A stretch of DNA of 63,936 nt, counting the filler, from Porpidia crustulata (lineage: Eukaryota): the NCBI GenBank assembly GCA_964255105.1. It is 3 parts of 3 records of this genome, joined end to end, with 100 filler letters (N's around TTAATTAATTAA, not from the genome) between each part and the next. Parts side by side here need not be neighbours in the genome. Positions count along the whole stretch, not along the records: positions 23,815 to 47,516 come from CAXUWE010000072.1; 2 more parts are not named here. The stretch is one strand, 5' to 3'. Positions 24,510 to 37,599 of this stretch are shown one piece after another. Position numbers and translations under genes: made by a program. The notes below the pieces were generated by a model that was given only the letters and a program-made list of their open reading frames with translations, was not told the origin of the DNA and searched no databases. Numbering within the stretch: position 1 is the first letter of the stretch; each line of letters starts with the position of its first letter.

Positions 24510-27500
24510 TTAGTCGTCAATGACGTCCATATCTACAACGGTATCGTGGGGGTCAGAAATTTCTTTTCCGTCGGCATTGACGACGATTCGTCGGCCCCGT
24601 TTGGATTCGGAAACGCCGTCTCGCGCAGCACCGAAATCGAGGACCTGGGGTCAGAACGTTAGCAAGAGATGCTTCATGTTTCGAGATCTAAACTTACCTC
24701 GATATAAGTGAAGTTGTTCCGTTGAACGGCGGCGACGCATCGACGATGATCAAACTTGACTTGCCACACCCCACTGAGATCGGTCAAGAGATCTTTCACG
24801 AGGTCTCCAGTTGCAACGTTCCACATCTTGAGGGTCCGATCGGATCCAGAGATAACTTTCTGTCCGTCGTGCTGGAAGCAAGTGATGGCACCGGTATGGG
24901 CGGTGAGGATGCTTTTGCAATGTCCCGTCTCCGGATCCCAGATACGCAGAGTCGAGTCGGCTGCGGCAGAGACCAAGCGATCCCCTTGAAGATCCAAAAG
25001 CCCAACGAGAGAATGATGGCCTTCGAGGTTGTACAAGACCGAGCCGGTGTCGAGAGACCACACCTTCACCACATTGTCCATTGAACCACTGATGCATCGA
25101 TTTCGCTCGTAGTCCAACACAACACTGTAGACCTTTTGTGTATGCCCTTGTAACCGATGAATAGTCTCTCCGGTTGAGATCTTCCATACACGTACATTAC
25201 AATCATAGCTACCGCTGACGAGTGTATCGGCATGTGCGGCTATAGCTCGCACCGAGTGATGATGACCAGTGAGGACTCTGACGAAATATGGGCAATCTGT
25301 GTCATCCGGAGGTGGTCCTGCTTGGAAGAATTTTGGATCACCAGGCTTGGGTAATTTCCAGACCCGGAGATTGGAATCACGAGAACCAGTAATTATCAGT
25401 GGCTGCTTCGGCATCATAATTGCTTTTCCGTCGGCAGTCTTGCCTACTTGTGTCGGCATGAGTATCTGCAAACACCGTACAGTAGATGTGTGCCCCTGAA
25501 AGACTTGCGTGCATATTCCCTTTTCTATATCCCAGACTCTTACTGATCTATCCGTAGAGCCGGACACCAAGACGTTGCCTTCATACTGAAGGGCCCATAC
25601 ACCTCCTTCATGACCTTGCAATCTAGCTCGAAGCGCTCCGGTTTGGGTGTCATAGACGTTGATATTGGTGTCATCGCTGCCAGTCAGAATCTTGTCAGTG
25701 TCAAATTGCAGACAAGTCACAACGTGACGCTGATGAGCTCTAAAAGCTATGTGCCGAGGCTTGGTGTCGTTCTGCATCCAGGTCTTCCGTATACTATGGT
25801 GTCTCTGATAAAGGGACTTGAAAAGATGTAGGTTCTTGAGGCTTGGTAAACCAACGTTAGGGGATGGAACAGCAATTGCGGCAGCAGTAGCGGCAGCGTA
25901 AGGCCCTTCAGTCTGAGAAGCATTGTCCATCCAGGAATCAGTATCAGCGTGATTTGCAGAAAGAGAATTTGAGCCAAGTCTTTTTTGTTGCTTACGACTC
26001 TTATTCTTGGTTTTAGGCGCTTTCCGCTTCCGCTTATTTTGGGTTGCTGCCACATCACTGCCTGGAGTCACAACGCCATTCGATTGTCCGGCGTACGCTG
26101 GCGAAATCGCCCACTCAGTATCTGATGTAGTCCCTACCGAAGCGCTAAGGTCTTTTTCCCAATCGTTTGGATCAGATGCATGTTGCCATCCCCAACCCTC
26201 TCGAATCGCTCTGGGCAATTCACCATCCTGTAAGACATATCCATCAGCGTCGAAGAGACGCTTCCAGGCTTTTTCGTCAGAGTCTACAATCTGTCTCCAT
26301 TTCTTAGACACCCGTGCTGCACTGCAGAGTGACTTGAGATCAAGATGGCTGGTGATGTTGAGACCAAGTTCAAGGGGAAGCAATAACAAAAAGTCGCATT
26401 TCAGCGACGGATTGACAACATCGGCAACAAAATGCAGTACCGGTTTTGGGCAGCGACGTAGAAGCTGATACATCACGTAGCTCTTCATCGCCGTGGGCAT
26501 GTTGCCGAAGGAATCTAGCATGGTGGGTATGCTCATCATATTCTGGTTCTCAGACATGCGATCGCTTAGGTCCATCTTGCCAAGCTCCTGCGTGGCTGTG
26601 GTTGACGGTAAACCTTCAGCACCTTTGAGATCTTCACTAGGACTCTCGCCGCTTTGGCTATGATGATAGTTGAAGCTTGTGGTATTGCTAGCCTCTCCTA
26701 AACTTGACCCTTCGAAGTAGCCCCCTCGCCGGCTCTGGAGATTCGCCGCCGCCGTGACTGGGGAAAGGCTAGGGCTCGGAAGGCTAAGATCCTGCGCAGC
26801 TGTTGTATCCAAAGCACTTGGGCGAGGCCGCGGTCTATGCTGGGCATGTTGAAGTGGTGGAAAATTGAGATCAAGGTTCTCCTCTGCACGAGAGGGAATC
26901 GCGCCATCCGAGACATCTGTATCATGCCAGGGGGTACGCATTCCCAGACTTGTAGCTACTTCGTTCCCACCATGAATAGGCTCCTCCTTGTAAGATCGCG
27001 ATTTGGTATTTTGGACAGCACCACTGCTATCAAGACGAGGAGTTACTGGTGTCGACGTCTGGCAAATCTGTAATTTCGAGGGTAAAGAGCTTTGCACAGT
27101 CGGTACAGAGTCCGCAAAGCTTGAAAGTGTTTCCTCACGGGTCACGCGCCGCCGCTTGCGAGCTCCACGTTGACTAGCGAGCTTAGCAGCTTCTGATATT
27201 GATACTGGTGATACCGGCTGTTTCCTGGAAGTCGTAACGCCGGGTGTCCGATTTAGCCCACACTTGCTTAGGAGACGTGACGAAGAAAACTCAGCACTCG
27301 GTGTTTCGAATTTTGTCTCGAATTCGGCAACAGATCGTAGAACACCGCCTGACTCTTGCAAAGCCTTCTGTTGTTGTTGGAGCTATTACACATTAGCAAC
27401 AATATCGGCCAAGAACACAGTGCCGAGAGTCAAGACGTACATCCTCTAAAGTCTCCGATGTGTCGTCCGCTTCATGGAAATATGTTGGCCTTCCTCCGAT

Positions 27501-27902
27501 ATCGAAGCATAATCTCTTTATGGATCGCGGTGTTGGGGAAGCAGCCAGTGGGTAGAGCTTCGAATCGAGTTCGTGTAAGTGATGAGGGGCTTTCATAACG
27601 AGAGGGGGAAAACTCGTTGTAGTGGTAGTCGTCGTCGTTACGACGGTAGTTTTGGTGGCTGGGGCGAAGGAAAATTGGCCCAACATATCCCCCGGGTTCG
27701 GTACTTGCACCAGGGAGCTTCCGCCCAGCGCCTTTTTGGATTCCGAGCCTGATTCACCTTCATGATGTTCGCCAGTCGTCAAAGTTGATGAGATTTCTGC
27801 GAAATTCAGGGTCGAGAAGGTGCTGGGGGGCGCTTGCATGGTGTTATCCACGCGTACTGCAGGTATGGAATGCTTCGACGAATTCTTATGAGGAGGATCC
27901 AT
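24510..27902 (-). CDS. CDC4: SCF F-box/WD40 substrate receptor Cdc4 (Fbw7 family)
   Basis: F-box DFLLLLPLELGLNITSHL and WD40 repeats (HVVTCLQFD, GHEGGVWAL, GHTSTVRCL). Three exons, the last ending EVLDFGAARDG...DVIDD*. Confidence 0.93.
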
Positions 27903-30900
27903 ACTGTTGCAAAGTTATGCAAAAAGGATCAAGTTTGAACACGAAGATGACACGGGAGGGGGCGCGTTTCCAAACAGGATGTGTCCGCAAAGACGTTGCG
28001 GTACCTCGTCCTACTCAGACTGGGTTTGGGAGAGGCACCGGAGTCATTAGCAGTGCTGCGTCAACTCTTTACAAAAATAGCAGAAAGCTTCTCGTGGCTG
28101 GAATAGCTGAAGGTTGGTCATCCAGTCACCTTAGTGTCAGCGTTATTTGGGTTACTAGAGAACGTTCTGCAGGCCACATAATACCCAAATGAGCGTTTGA
28201 ATGCCTGCTGGATAGGGAGTTGCTATAACACTGTGGTGTGGAGGTCGGGAGGTTGGATTCAAGTGTCTGTATAATCTTGGAGAAGTGATGCTGCCAAACG
28301 CATGTGTTGGAGGCGGAAAGCAACCAATTTGGTACAAGCCCCTCCTAAGCTCGCTAAGCATCGCCTTACGGGATAACGGCACGAGGCAGATCAATTTTCC
28401 TGAGAGGCAGACTAATTACGCTTGGTGACCAAGTGACTTGATAACTACTTCTGTCCACGAACAACAACAATGCTGCGTTGCTCTGACATAGGCTGTACGT
28501 TCACATTTTTGTCTAGCCGTACTCGTTGACATTGCACGATCTTTATCAGACGAAATGGTCGACGCAGTGCTCGTCTCAAGGGGTTCGCCCATGGCTTTAA
28601 ATTATTTAAGGCATGATGCTTCTCGTTGCACAAGTACTTGGGATGGATCTTGTCGGCTGGTACAGGACCTGTTGTTGAACGTAATACAAACCAACCACTG
28701 AATCACTACTATCGCGGACGGTCATCCATGATTTACAAGAAATCAACATAAGTTTACCTATTCGATAATTCTCTACTTTGCAGCGCTTCTCTTGAATTTT
28801 GTCTCTGGAGATAAAACCTTTTTTGATAAGAGCGATCGCGAGATTGGGATGTCTTATGATGGTCGCTGTGCCGAAGAGCTTTAGGAAGGCTGGCTTATGG
28901 ATACCTCGGATTCGGCGCTGTCCCCTGACATTGCAAAATTGCTTTGCCTTGAAAAAATCTCTTCACGATCTTGAGTTCCCTTCGGACTTTTCTCTCACAC
29001 ATATTCGGCTGAGCGTTTTTGCATTCCAAAATATTAATGGCGATATCAACAATCTGGGGCTGTGATGAATGCAACCTCCGATTGAAAAGGCAGTGGCTGG
29101 GAATTCTGGTGAGTTGGTCCATAGGTTGTAAATCGCTTGGAACGGTTCTGTTCGAACATATGATTCACTCAATGACGAACGATCCTTCACGCCTACGATG
29201 GCATATCTGATGAGACCGACTCCACCCTAAATCTCTACCTTCTCCAGATCTGGAGGACGGCTTGAGGTTGATCACTATCAGTCTGCTACAAGGTCACAAT
29301 ATACGCCATCTTCAGATATATCGGATATATAATGATCCGCCAATGCAGCACAAAATCTTGCCATTGAAACTGTCATGTCAACAGCGTTACGGAGATTAAG
29401 ATTATGAAGAAGCAGGTTCTAAACGTTGCAATCGCCAATACATTCTACAAAGAGGCGGTCAATTCGGGTTCGAACCTCTAAGGTGGTAGCTACCTTAGGC
29501 CTTCCCTCCTCTCGTGGTCTAGTCTACATCTACGCCGAATAAAAATACTAATCATCTGCTGGGTCCGCGGATATGGTCTTCATCTTCCGAACCTCAAATA
29601 ACGCCTTGACCGTATGATGCCCAAACTCCTCTACTAGGCTAAATTTGAGATTTTCAGTGACACCATGTGAGCTTCCGATGCTTTCCGACTTACATTTTTA
29701 AGTTTGTGTGTCAACGATACACATACGAGCTTTGGTATCAAACTTTGAGAAGGATATATCTTTGGCGACAACCCAGTTTGTCACAAGCGCTCTGTGAATT
29801 GCCGATGTTATTTTAAAAAGGCAATATATAGGAATAGGTCAAGTATCAAAGTACTACCATATTGAATGATTGTATTTGTTGAATACTCCTTGCACCTGAG
29901 CTAGTCTGCAGCATCAATGGCTACGGCTGATCGGTCAATCGTTATGAAAGTTCTGTAGGCAACGATCTCATCCGGAACAGGAACAGAAGAATTACTTATT
30001 CCAAAACCCCCCGAAGCCCCTTGAAAGACGTTCCGGCACCCTCTAAAGAGAACCACCGGCCGTCGCAGATTTTTGGACTATATTCTGATTTTTGACTTCA
30101 CTACTACGACAGCTCAACAGGGCCATATATTGATTACGTGAATGCGAATTTTCCTTTGCGAAACTTATATATTTTCAACTAGCATGTGGACTTCGGCAGG
30201 ATCTAAAGGGTCACGCTCCTGAATCTGGCTTACTTGGACCCCATAACCAAGTGCTTTGGTGGGTATAGCAATTTCATGTGGTAAGGCCAAATTGGAGACG
30301 TATTCCATCTTCATACGTACTCGGTGGCACGTTTTCATATTTGTCGTCATGGAAGAACATTTATAAGTGTGAGGGGCAAAGAGAGAGAAGATGAGCTTAG
30401 TAGCGAGATTGATATAGGGCTGTATCCCTTAACCCCTGCATTGCCATGGAAGTCAACAGACAGACAACTACGGTACTACGAAGAAAGGGGGGTTATTCCC
30501 CTTGTTTTGGCAAGCCGTTTGCATATTTTTCGTCTCTTTCAAAAACAAATTAAAGTAGACCATACACTTTGTCAAGCCTAAGGAAGGACAGCTGGTAAGA
30601 GAAGACGAGAAGTCACTCATGTCGTACAGTATCCACGGAACAGTAAAAACTCGTCCACATGCTCAAGTAGATGATCTTGAAGGAGAGTATGTATGAATAT
30701 GAAGTCGTGGCTCAAGCAATACCAATGCACTCATCAGGAAATGGTTTCTTTCAAATAGCTATGAGTAATGAGATGTAGATCCTAAGCTGTAAGGTTTGAT
30801 GACCGAATAGAAACGCTCGAAATGTGAAAGATTTTCAGTTGTGAACAATTCTTCCCCTTGTTGTGTTCACATCCGCATAGTTCTATGTGAGGCGAGAAAG

Positions 30901-31146
30901 ATGCTTCCACCAACTTCTAATCGTGTATATAGACACAGGGGCACTGGAACGAGTGTGAGCTCTTTACCTTAGGTAGGTGTATTAGCTGTAGAATATGTGC
31001 TATTGCCCAGTTGCGGAGCACTTGAAAGAAGACTTGGTGACGAAGGCTCTCAAGCAACCTCGGCTACCTTCTTCGTCTCTGTTACACCTTTACGGGTTCA
31101 CCATAGCCACTTTCATTTTAAATCACATCACGCTTCTTACTTTTAG

Positions 31147-33446
31147 ATGTCCATCATGGCACAGGTCCAACCTCGTCGTAAGCTTGTGGAGAAATCCATA
31201 CAGCAAATGGTGCCGGAACAGACTACTTCTGTAGAGCAGGATCAAATCGTCAGTGAGCAGCAGAGCTTTGCCATGGTGCAAAGGACCCTTCAAACATCTG
31301 TAAGTCCTTTAGCAGTCCAACAGGTGGGTTTCTCTGCCGGTCTGATAGAGATATGTTTAGATGGCGATAGTTGCATTTCTGAGGTAAGGTGGAGCTGACT
31401 TCGTTCTATTGTAAAGCCGACGTATTGACATAGCGCAGAAATCTTTTACCTGAGCGGTGCTATGACTGGATCGATTACAATTCAGTGGTGGGACAGGGCG
31501 GCTCTGCGAGCGAAGCCTCCGTTGCTCGCTCACCAAAACGGCCCAATCCAGCCAGCCATAAAGCAGGATTCAGAACGATCGCTCGAGGTCGAGCAACAAG
31601 TAGCGATCAAGTACTAGACTGGTTGGTGAGTTTTTAAGCCTTACAAGGACGGGAAAAGTCCATGATTGTTGACGCTCACCTTGTAGGATACCATTCTGGA
31701 CGGGGTTCAAAAGCACGGCATAGCTGCTGTCCAATTTTGTGTCTATCCGGACAAAGACAAGCCACTGAACATCATCGAATTCTACCGTTTTACCTTTCAA
31801 TATACCCGATCGTCTGGAGATACGAGTCAGCGACTTGTGGGAGTAGCACTCACTGCTTCTAATGGAAAGTCAGCTAGTGTTGGATGTGCTATGTCTCGCC
31901 TGAAGAATATCCACGATTGCCTATATAATATGAGCAATTTCGCCCCTGACCTACCAGGTATATACTCGGTGTCTCGCGGATAAGGAGTTTTTTGACCTTT
32001 GCCCTGAAGATACTAGATTCCTAATGTGCCATTTGCTCCACACGCCAAAATATTCTCCAGAGATCTGGCCTTTGGGGTTTCAGCAATGTAAAGACACCAC
32101 AATGTTTGTTCCTGAGAGCGGCTTGTGGCACATGGAGGAGAGAAACATGGGCGAGATGAGCTCAGGATTTCATAGGTACTTACGTTCATTACTACCACAA
32201 TCATGCAAGTGGCTGAAAATCTTAGCGTAAGCTTGAGCATAGGATACATGGCAATCAAGGAAGGCGCAGGAGAAGATTCCGAGGGATTGTTAGAAATACC
32301 GCAAGAGTTCGAAGAATCTAGACTGGTTCCGCGATTCCCCGATCTTGCGAGGATTCTGGATATCGAAGAGAAAGGTGCAAGTGCTGTACCTACCCCAGAG
32401 AACGATAGGATTGAGATCCGAGCAATGGAGTCTCATAGTAGGCCCCGGTCACGAGGTAGCAGCTCTTCTGAGGAGACAATGGATCTTGATAGTGGTATTA
32501 CGAAATTGACTCCAGCACAATATACTGCGACATCAAATATACGGGAGAGTCGTTTTATAAATGAACCAGTAAGTCCACGTTACTATGTCGTAGTCACAGC
32601 TGATGGCCCTTCGTAGAAGCAAAATCAATGGCTCGGTCAATCGTACGACGACGACCTGATTGTGACTCAAAGGCTCAGCCCAAGCTCTCAAGAACATAAC
32701 ACGAGGCCGAGAATGAGACTATTACGGTGGAAAAGGTTGCAAATGATAGCTAAAAGGGAACAATTAAGAGCAGACCGCTCCGAATCATCGAATTTGCAAG
32801 CTGAAGCAGTGATGCGTTGCGAATGCAGAGTCGACAAGAAAAAAGTCAACTGTGTAAGATCAGAACAAAAGGAAAATGAGCGCGCCTCCGTTGATTGTGG
32901 CTATAGATACAATGCAACTGCTGCGAGACGTTACAGCATACTCACTGTTACGGTTTCGCGACAGAAATGCCCAACAACGAGCATTTTTGCTACTCCTGCC
33001 TTTTCGAGGACTCTGAACCTGGCCGCTTACAGGATTTGGAGCGGCTTGTGCAAGTCAGACGAGCAATCTGGCTAGCATATCGAGATGACTACCCAGGAAG
33101 CTTGAGAAAGTTCGCGAAAGTACTATGTCAGTGCCTTCGTTCCCTCAAGCAGTCATTTCACCTTCTGATCTTCAGTAGACTACAACAGGGCGATCGAAAG
33201 CGACGTCATACAACGGATGAAGGACGAAGGATATCTCGTCCGGAGTAATGGTTCGCAATTCTACCGCGAGGACTCAATCGAACAAGTTCAGAAGAGGGAA
33301 CGTGATTATTTGGATCCGATGACGCTCGTCGGCCATCTTGTAAGCGTTGCCCTCGAATGAATACAGATGATTACTGATATATTAGGCAGTATGAGGCCGC
33401 TGAGGGGGATGAAGCACGGCCGTCCAAGCGAACGAAAACTCATTAG
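31147..33446 (+). CDS. HOP1: Meiotic chromosome-axis HORMA protein with PHD finger (Hop1-like)
   Basis: Exons splice in frame. HORMA features (QQSFAMVQ..FLRNLLP, NIIEFYRFTFQY, PDLP..RFLMCHLLH..WPLGF, SGFHSVSL), PHD (MRCEC..IQCNCCETLQHTHCYGF..HFCYSCL) and a winged-helix-like region ending YLDPMTLVGHL. Confidence 0.8.
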
Positions 33447-34427
33447 AAACCAGGAGCTCTCTCCAAGTCGCCGAGGCACAGGCAGATACTTACAGTGAGT
33501 ATGAGTCTTGTTCGGGGTGACCGTTCTTCCAATTCGATATGTGTTGAGTCGTGGCTACAGTACTTCCACTTTGCGAGTTGTTTCTGTTACTCTATCTGAT
33601 CTCGGTATCAGGAGCAAGGGTATCTTGTACAGTACTACCAAGGCGCTAGTTCTAGGTTGCAGGCAGCCACTTCCGGCACTTTAATCACCGTGGGGAAGGC
33701 CCGAGACCCACCACCAATCCACAATTACCCTTTTCGTCGTTCCTGACCCCTGAGTTGAGTAGAACTATGGCCGATATGGTGGTCACCCATGATTTGAAAT
33801 TGGGAGATTGAGATGGCGCAACGCAGTATTGAAGATTGGTGGCTAGATCTGTAGATGCGCACTATAGTACTTGGACTAGTGACAGTAGTCAAGCAGTAAA
33901 GCGACTTATGTGGGCGGGAGATTTTCCAATTCTCCGAACGCAGGCGCATGGAAGGAAAAGGGTGAGAGAGGAGCGTTCCTAGATGATGGGACGACCCGAA
34001 AAAGTATAACCCTGCATGTCCCCATGTAGAGACCGGCCTGTCAACCAGCCAATCAGAAATGCCACCATTGTTGGTAAGTTCAGCACGCCGTGTACTCGAG
34101 TAGCTACGTCGTACAGTACGTATGGTACGTATCGTATCTTGGAGGCAGGAGTCGTCTTGGACCTCTAGGTTATTCATCTATCCTTCCGTAAATCTATCAT
34201 GCTCCTAAAAAAGTAAACAAGTAGCGTCTTCTTATTTCGATATTCCACAGATCGTTCCGTTGGTGGAACGCGCACCACCTAGCTTTTCAGCTATGGCCTG
34301 CTCGAAGCTGGTACGAGCAGTTTTTTGGCACCGCAAGCTGATTTGAGGGCTTCTACCGCTAATTGCCACGGGTCTCTTTCGTACTACGCCTTCCATTTTT
34401 AGGAAGTCGGGAAGCGCAAAGCCCATC

Positions 34428-36815
34428 ATGGCTCGAAAATTCAAGTTTCCATTCCCTCTCACAAATTGGAAGTCAAGCACCGAGAAACAGCCCGTTGCAG
34501 CAGATAGCCGCTGTACGGATGACTCACCTATGTTCGATCCGGGTGAAAAGGCTGGAAGATTACTAGGAACGTCAGAGCCAAACAGTCCCGGGTTGAGGCC
34601 GAAAAAATCGTGGAAAGCGAGACAGCTGAAGAAATACCCAAGCTTCATGAGTATCACCATGCCGGACATCGATGGCGGTTCCGTTGAGAAATACGGGAAT
34701 ACTGCTATGCCAGAAATGACGGCTGGGCAGGACATGGACCGACGGCCTCCGCAAACGCTTCGCAATAAACCTTCATCGCCCTTACTCGGGCGGCACTTCG
34801 TTGATGGCTCGGCATTATGGGGGAGCGTGACCGATGCTCCTCGCCCCAAAGCTCATCGATCGGAATCGTCTTCAACATTGCAGTCACATTACGATCCTTC
34901 CAAGTCTCCGCTCGCCATCTCGCAGCAGACTTCAGCTTCGTCGGCTCGGGATATGGCTTTGAGAAAAGGCTGCAAGCCAATCGCCACTCCTCTCCGGCAA
35001 GATCTTCCCAAGGTCACCGCTTATCCAGCAGCGGCTGTTACGAGGAAGACAGACGACCTTATTGATCCCCAAGAGAGAAATATACAACCACTGGATGTAT
35101 CGAAATTGTTCCCCCTGCCCCAACCACCAAACAACGGGGTATCTCCGGAAATATCAATTGTGAAATCCCCTTCGCAGCTGTCTCTAGCTTCAAGCAGTCA
35201 GCAATGGATTTCGACAAACCGTGTTGATTGGATAGGCCAAGGTGGATCAAAGCAGACCGATCCCGCCGTAGTAGCCGACAAACTGGACCTTAAGGAAACG
35301 CTACGCATGGAAGGAAACAACGTTAAGCCCAACGGTAAAAGGCTGAATAAGGCAACAAAGAATTGGTTTGATGGGCTCGGGGACGAAGGTAATGAAGTTA
35401 TTGGAGCACTTCATGGTGGTAGCTCAGCACTCGCACTTCCCGAGGATCCTAGAGAGTCTGTGAAAATCGGAATCGGTGAGGTCTCGAAAGACTTGCGCCT
35501 TCGGCAAAGGAAGAGCAGCCTCAGTGACCCCCGTCGACGTCCGTCCAGCTCCCGCCCGACCCTAAGCTTTCAGCTTGAGCCTGCGGTGATCTCTACGAAC
35601 GATCCTCGTGGAGGAAACCTGTCACAATCGTCTGGTCCTAGGAGCAGCGAAGGCAGCATCAGCCGAAAGAGTACGCCCTCGCACCGTCAAAGAGTTGATC
35701 TTTCTGCAATGGATTTGGTCAACCAAAGTGTTCTGCTACTGTCGTCATCGGACGAGGAGTTGAACCCCCCTACGCCTCGCCGACGTGCTCGAATCCGTGA
35801 CAGTGTTGAAGTGGCTGATGCAGGTGATGAGCCTTTGGTCTACAGTGCCGAAACCATGAAGGCTAGCAAACCAAGACCAATTGTAAAAATAGTAACAAGC
35901 AGACCTTCGACGCCAAAACGCCAAGTAGAAGTACCACCTGTTCCCAAGGTGCCTGAGACACCGCACCTTTATCAGCGAACTCCGGCGAAAAAGTGGGGTG
36001 CCGATATTAAGTCAAAGATAACGAGCATGAAAGTTGTAGATCATAGGGACGTCAAGCTCAAGCTAGCATCTATGCAGATTTCAGATGGCCCAGTATATGA
36101 CGCGGAAACTTCTGCTGCGTCACGGACTGCCACCAAGAACCTGCGATCTACTCCAGTCAGATCAGATCATGTTCGCAGTAGCAAGATGATGGCCGTGACC
36201 GAAGAGGAAGAGAAATTGCTGGAGGCAATGAGAAAGAAGAGAGCTAGTATTCGGAAAATCGATTTCGCGGAAGGGTACCATAAGGCCTTACAGTTTCACG
36301 GCAATACCGAACCCGAAACACGACCAAAGACTTCGAATGTTGACGGCCGTCCTGAGTTCTTCGATCTCGAAAGAACGACATCCCCCTCCCTGCTTGGCCA
36401 TGGGCTCAGGAGTTCTTTGACCGGAGCTCCCTTTGCTGCCTCCACAGACGATCTAGTACCGGCGGAGTCATACCCATTTCCTGAAACGACTCAGCAGTGG
36501 AGCAGAACCATCAACACCATACCCCCCCATGACCCTTCTCCAAGTCTGAGTTTCAGCCCCTCTGATATTCTACCCTCTTCACCATCCAGTTGCCTGTCAC
36601 CTAGGACACCCCCATCAGGGCATGGATTTCTTGAAGTCTACGCAGGAGGCACAGGGATATCTCCATCACGACAACTGCGGTTTTGGGATCCAAACCGGCA
36701 TGATAGAATACAATCTGTTAGCAGTGGGGTTCTCACACTTTCTTCCGGGGAACGCAAAGCTCGAGACATGGATAGTGAAGATGGAGTTGCTGGCTGGGCG
36801 ACGGAGAGATGGTAA
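34428..36815 (+). CDS. Intronless Ser/Pro-rich fungal hypothetical protein (795 aa)
   Basis: Long single ORF, mostly low complexity, with ordered-looking islands HYDPSKSPLAISQQTSASSARDMALRKG and MMAVTEEEEKLLEAMRKKRA. Confidence 0.8.
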   Translation: MARKFKFPFPLTNWKSSTEKQPVAADSRCTDDSPMFDPGEKAGRLLGTSEPNSPGLRPKKSWKARQLKKYPSFMSITMPDIDGGSVEKYGNTAMPEMTAGQDMDRRPPQTLRNKPSSPLLGRHFVDGSALWGSVTDAPRPKAHRSESSSTLQSHYDPSKSPLAISQQTSASSARDMALRKGCKPIATPLRQDLPKVTAYPAAAVTRKTDDLIDPQERNIQPLDVSKLFPLPQPPNNGVSPEISIVKSPSQLSLASSSQQWISTNRVDWIGQGGSKQTDPAVVADKLDLKETLRMEGNNVKPNGKRLNKATKNWFDGLGDEGNEVIGALHGGSSALALPEDPRESVKIGIGEVSKDLRLRQRKSSLSDPRRRPSSSRPTLSFQLEPAVISTNDPRGGNLSQSSGPRSSEGSISRKSTPSHRQRVDLSAMDLVNQSVLLLSSSDEELNPPTPRRRARIRDSVEVADAGDEPLVYSAETMKASKPRPIVKIVTSRPSTPKRQVEVPPVPKVPETPHLYQRTPAKKWGADIKSKITSMKVVDHRDVKLKLASMQISDGPVYDAETSAASRTATKNLRSTPVRSDHVRSSKMMAVTEEEEKLLEAMRKKRASIRKIDFAEGYHKALQFHGNTEPETRPKTSNVDGRPEFFDLERTTSPSLLGHGLRSSLTGAPFAASTDDLVPAESYPFPETTQQWSRTINTIPPHDPSPSLSFSPSDILPSSPSSCLSPRTPPSGHGFLEVYAGGTGISPSRQLRFWDPNRHDRIQSVSSGVLTLSSGERKARDMDSEDGVAGWATERW

Positions 36816-37599
36816 AGGCATACTCCGGAGAATCTTGGATATCACCAAAACAAGTAAAGTGGGCGCAATATCCTAATTCTTTGGATCCTTCGAGCTCCGC
36901 TTACTGGAACTCACCTCCTTTCTCGAACATCAGCACCTCCACAGTGGTCCCGCGTATGATTAATTATGTCTTATCTAAGATCACATTTCCTTACTGGCTA
37001 TTTGAATCGGTATCAGCTCCGACAAAAAGGAACCAATCGTGGGACGATAAGTGCAACAGCGTGCTGATATATATGCAAGATTATAGATGGTGGACTTAGT
37101 CACATCAATATGTCATTACTACTCTCGTTATATAGGTCTAATGCAGTATACTCTACAAGAGAACCTGTTTCTTGTCCATATGTGCAGTCTCCCCGCGTGA
37201 CCTGCCTTTCCACATCTGAAGTCGGCGTAGCTGGAAATGAAACGTCTCATTATGATGGGCAGGCCATGGTTCAACGTGTTAAGCATGACAGCCATCAGAC
37301 TCATTCAGCTGATATCGTTGATGAGATAATGACTGAGTTGTGATCATTGACTATAAATTCAGGGGTAGATTCAATGCAGGCCTAGTGCTGAGGCTGAATG
37401 GCATGACGTAGGGCTGAGGCCAAGAATGCTTGGAAGGAGAAACAATGCCTCATCCCACAGATCACCGACACTCCTTTCGATCAACTTATATTCACTCCTT
37501 GATTTCTATATTTGAAACGTACCCACCGCCACTGTGTCCTTTCCTTGAGCACCTCAAAACAGGCGGCTGCCGCACCCATCCGCGCAGAGAGCATTCATC

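Noticed and set aside
27615..27660. Trinucleotide-like repeat in CDC4 exon 1
   Set aside because: It encodes the poly-Thr run TKTTVVTTTTTTTT with mixed codons, so it is a protein feature and not a DNA repeat element.
29440..29490. GGTTCGAACC suggesting a tRNA T-loop
   Set aside because: No T-stem, acceptor stem or A-box can be formed, so it is not a tRNA.
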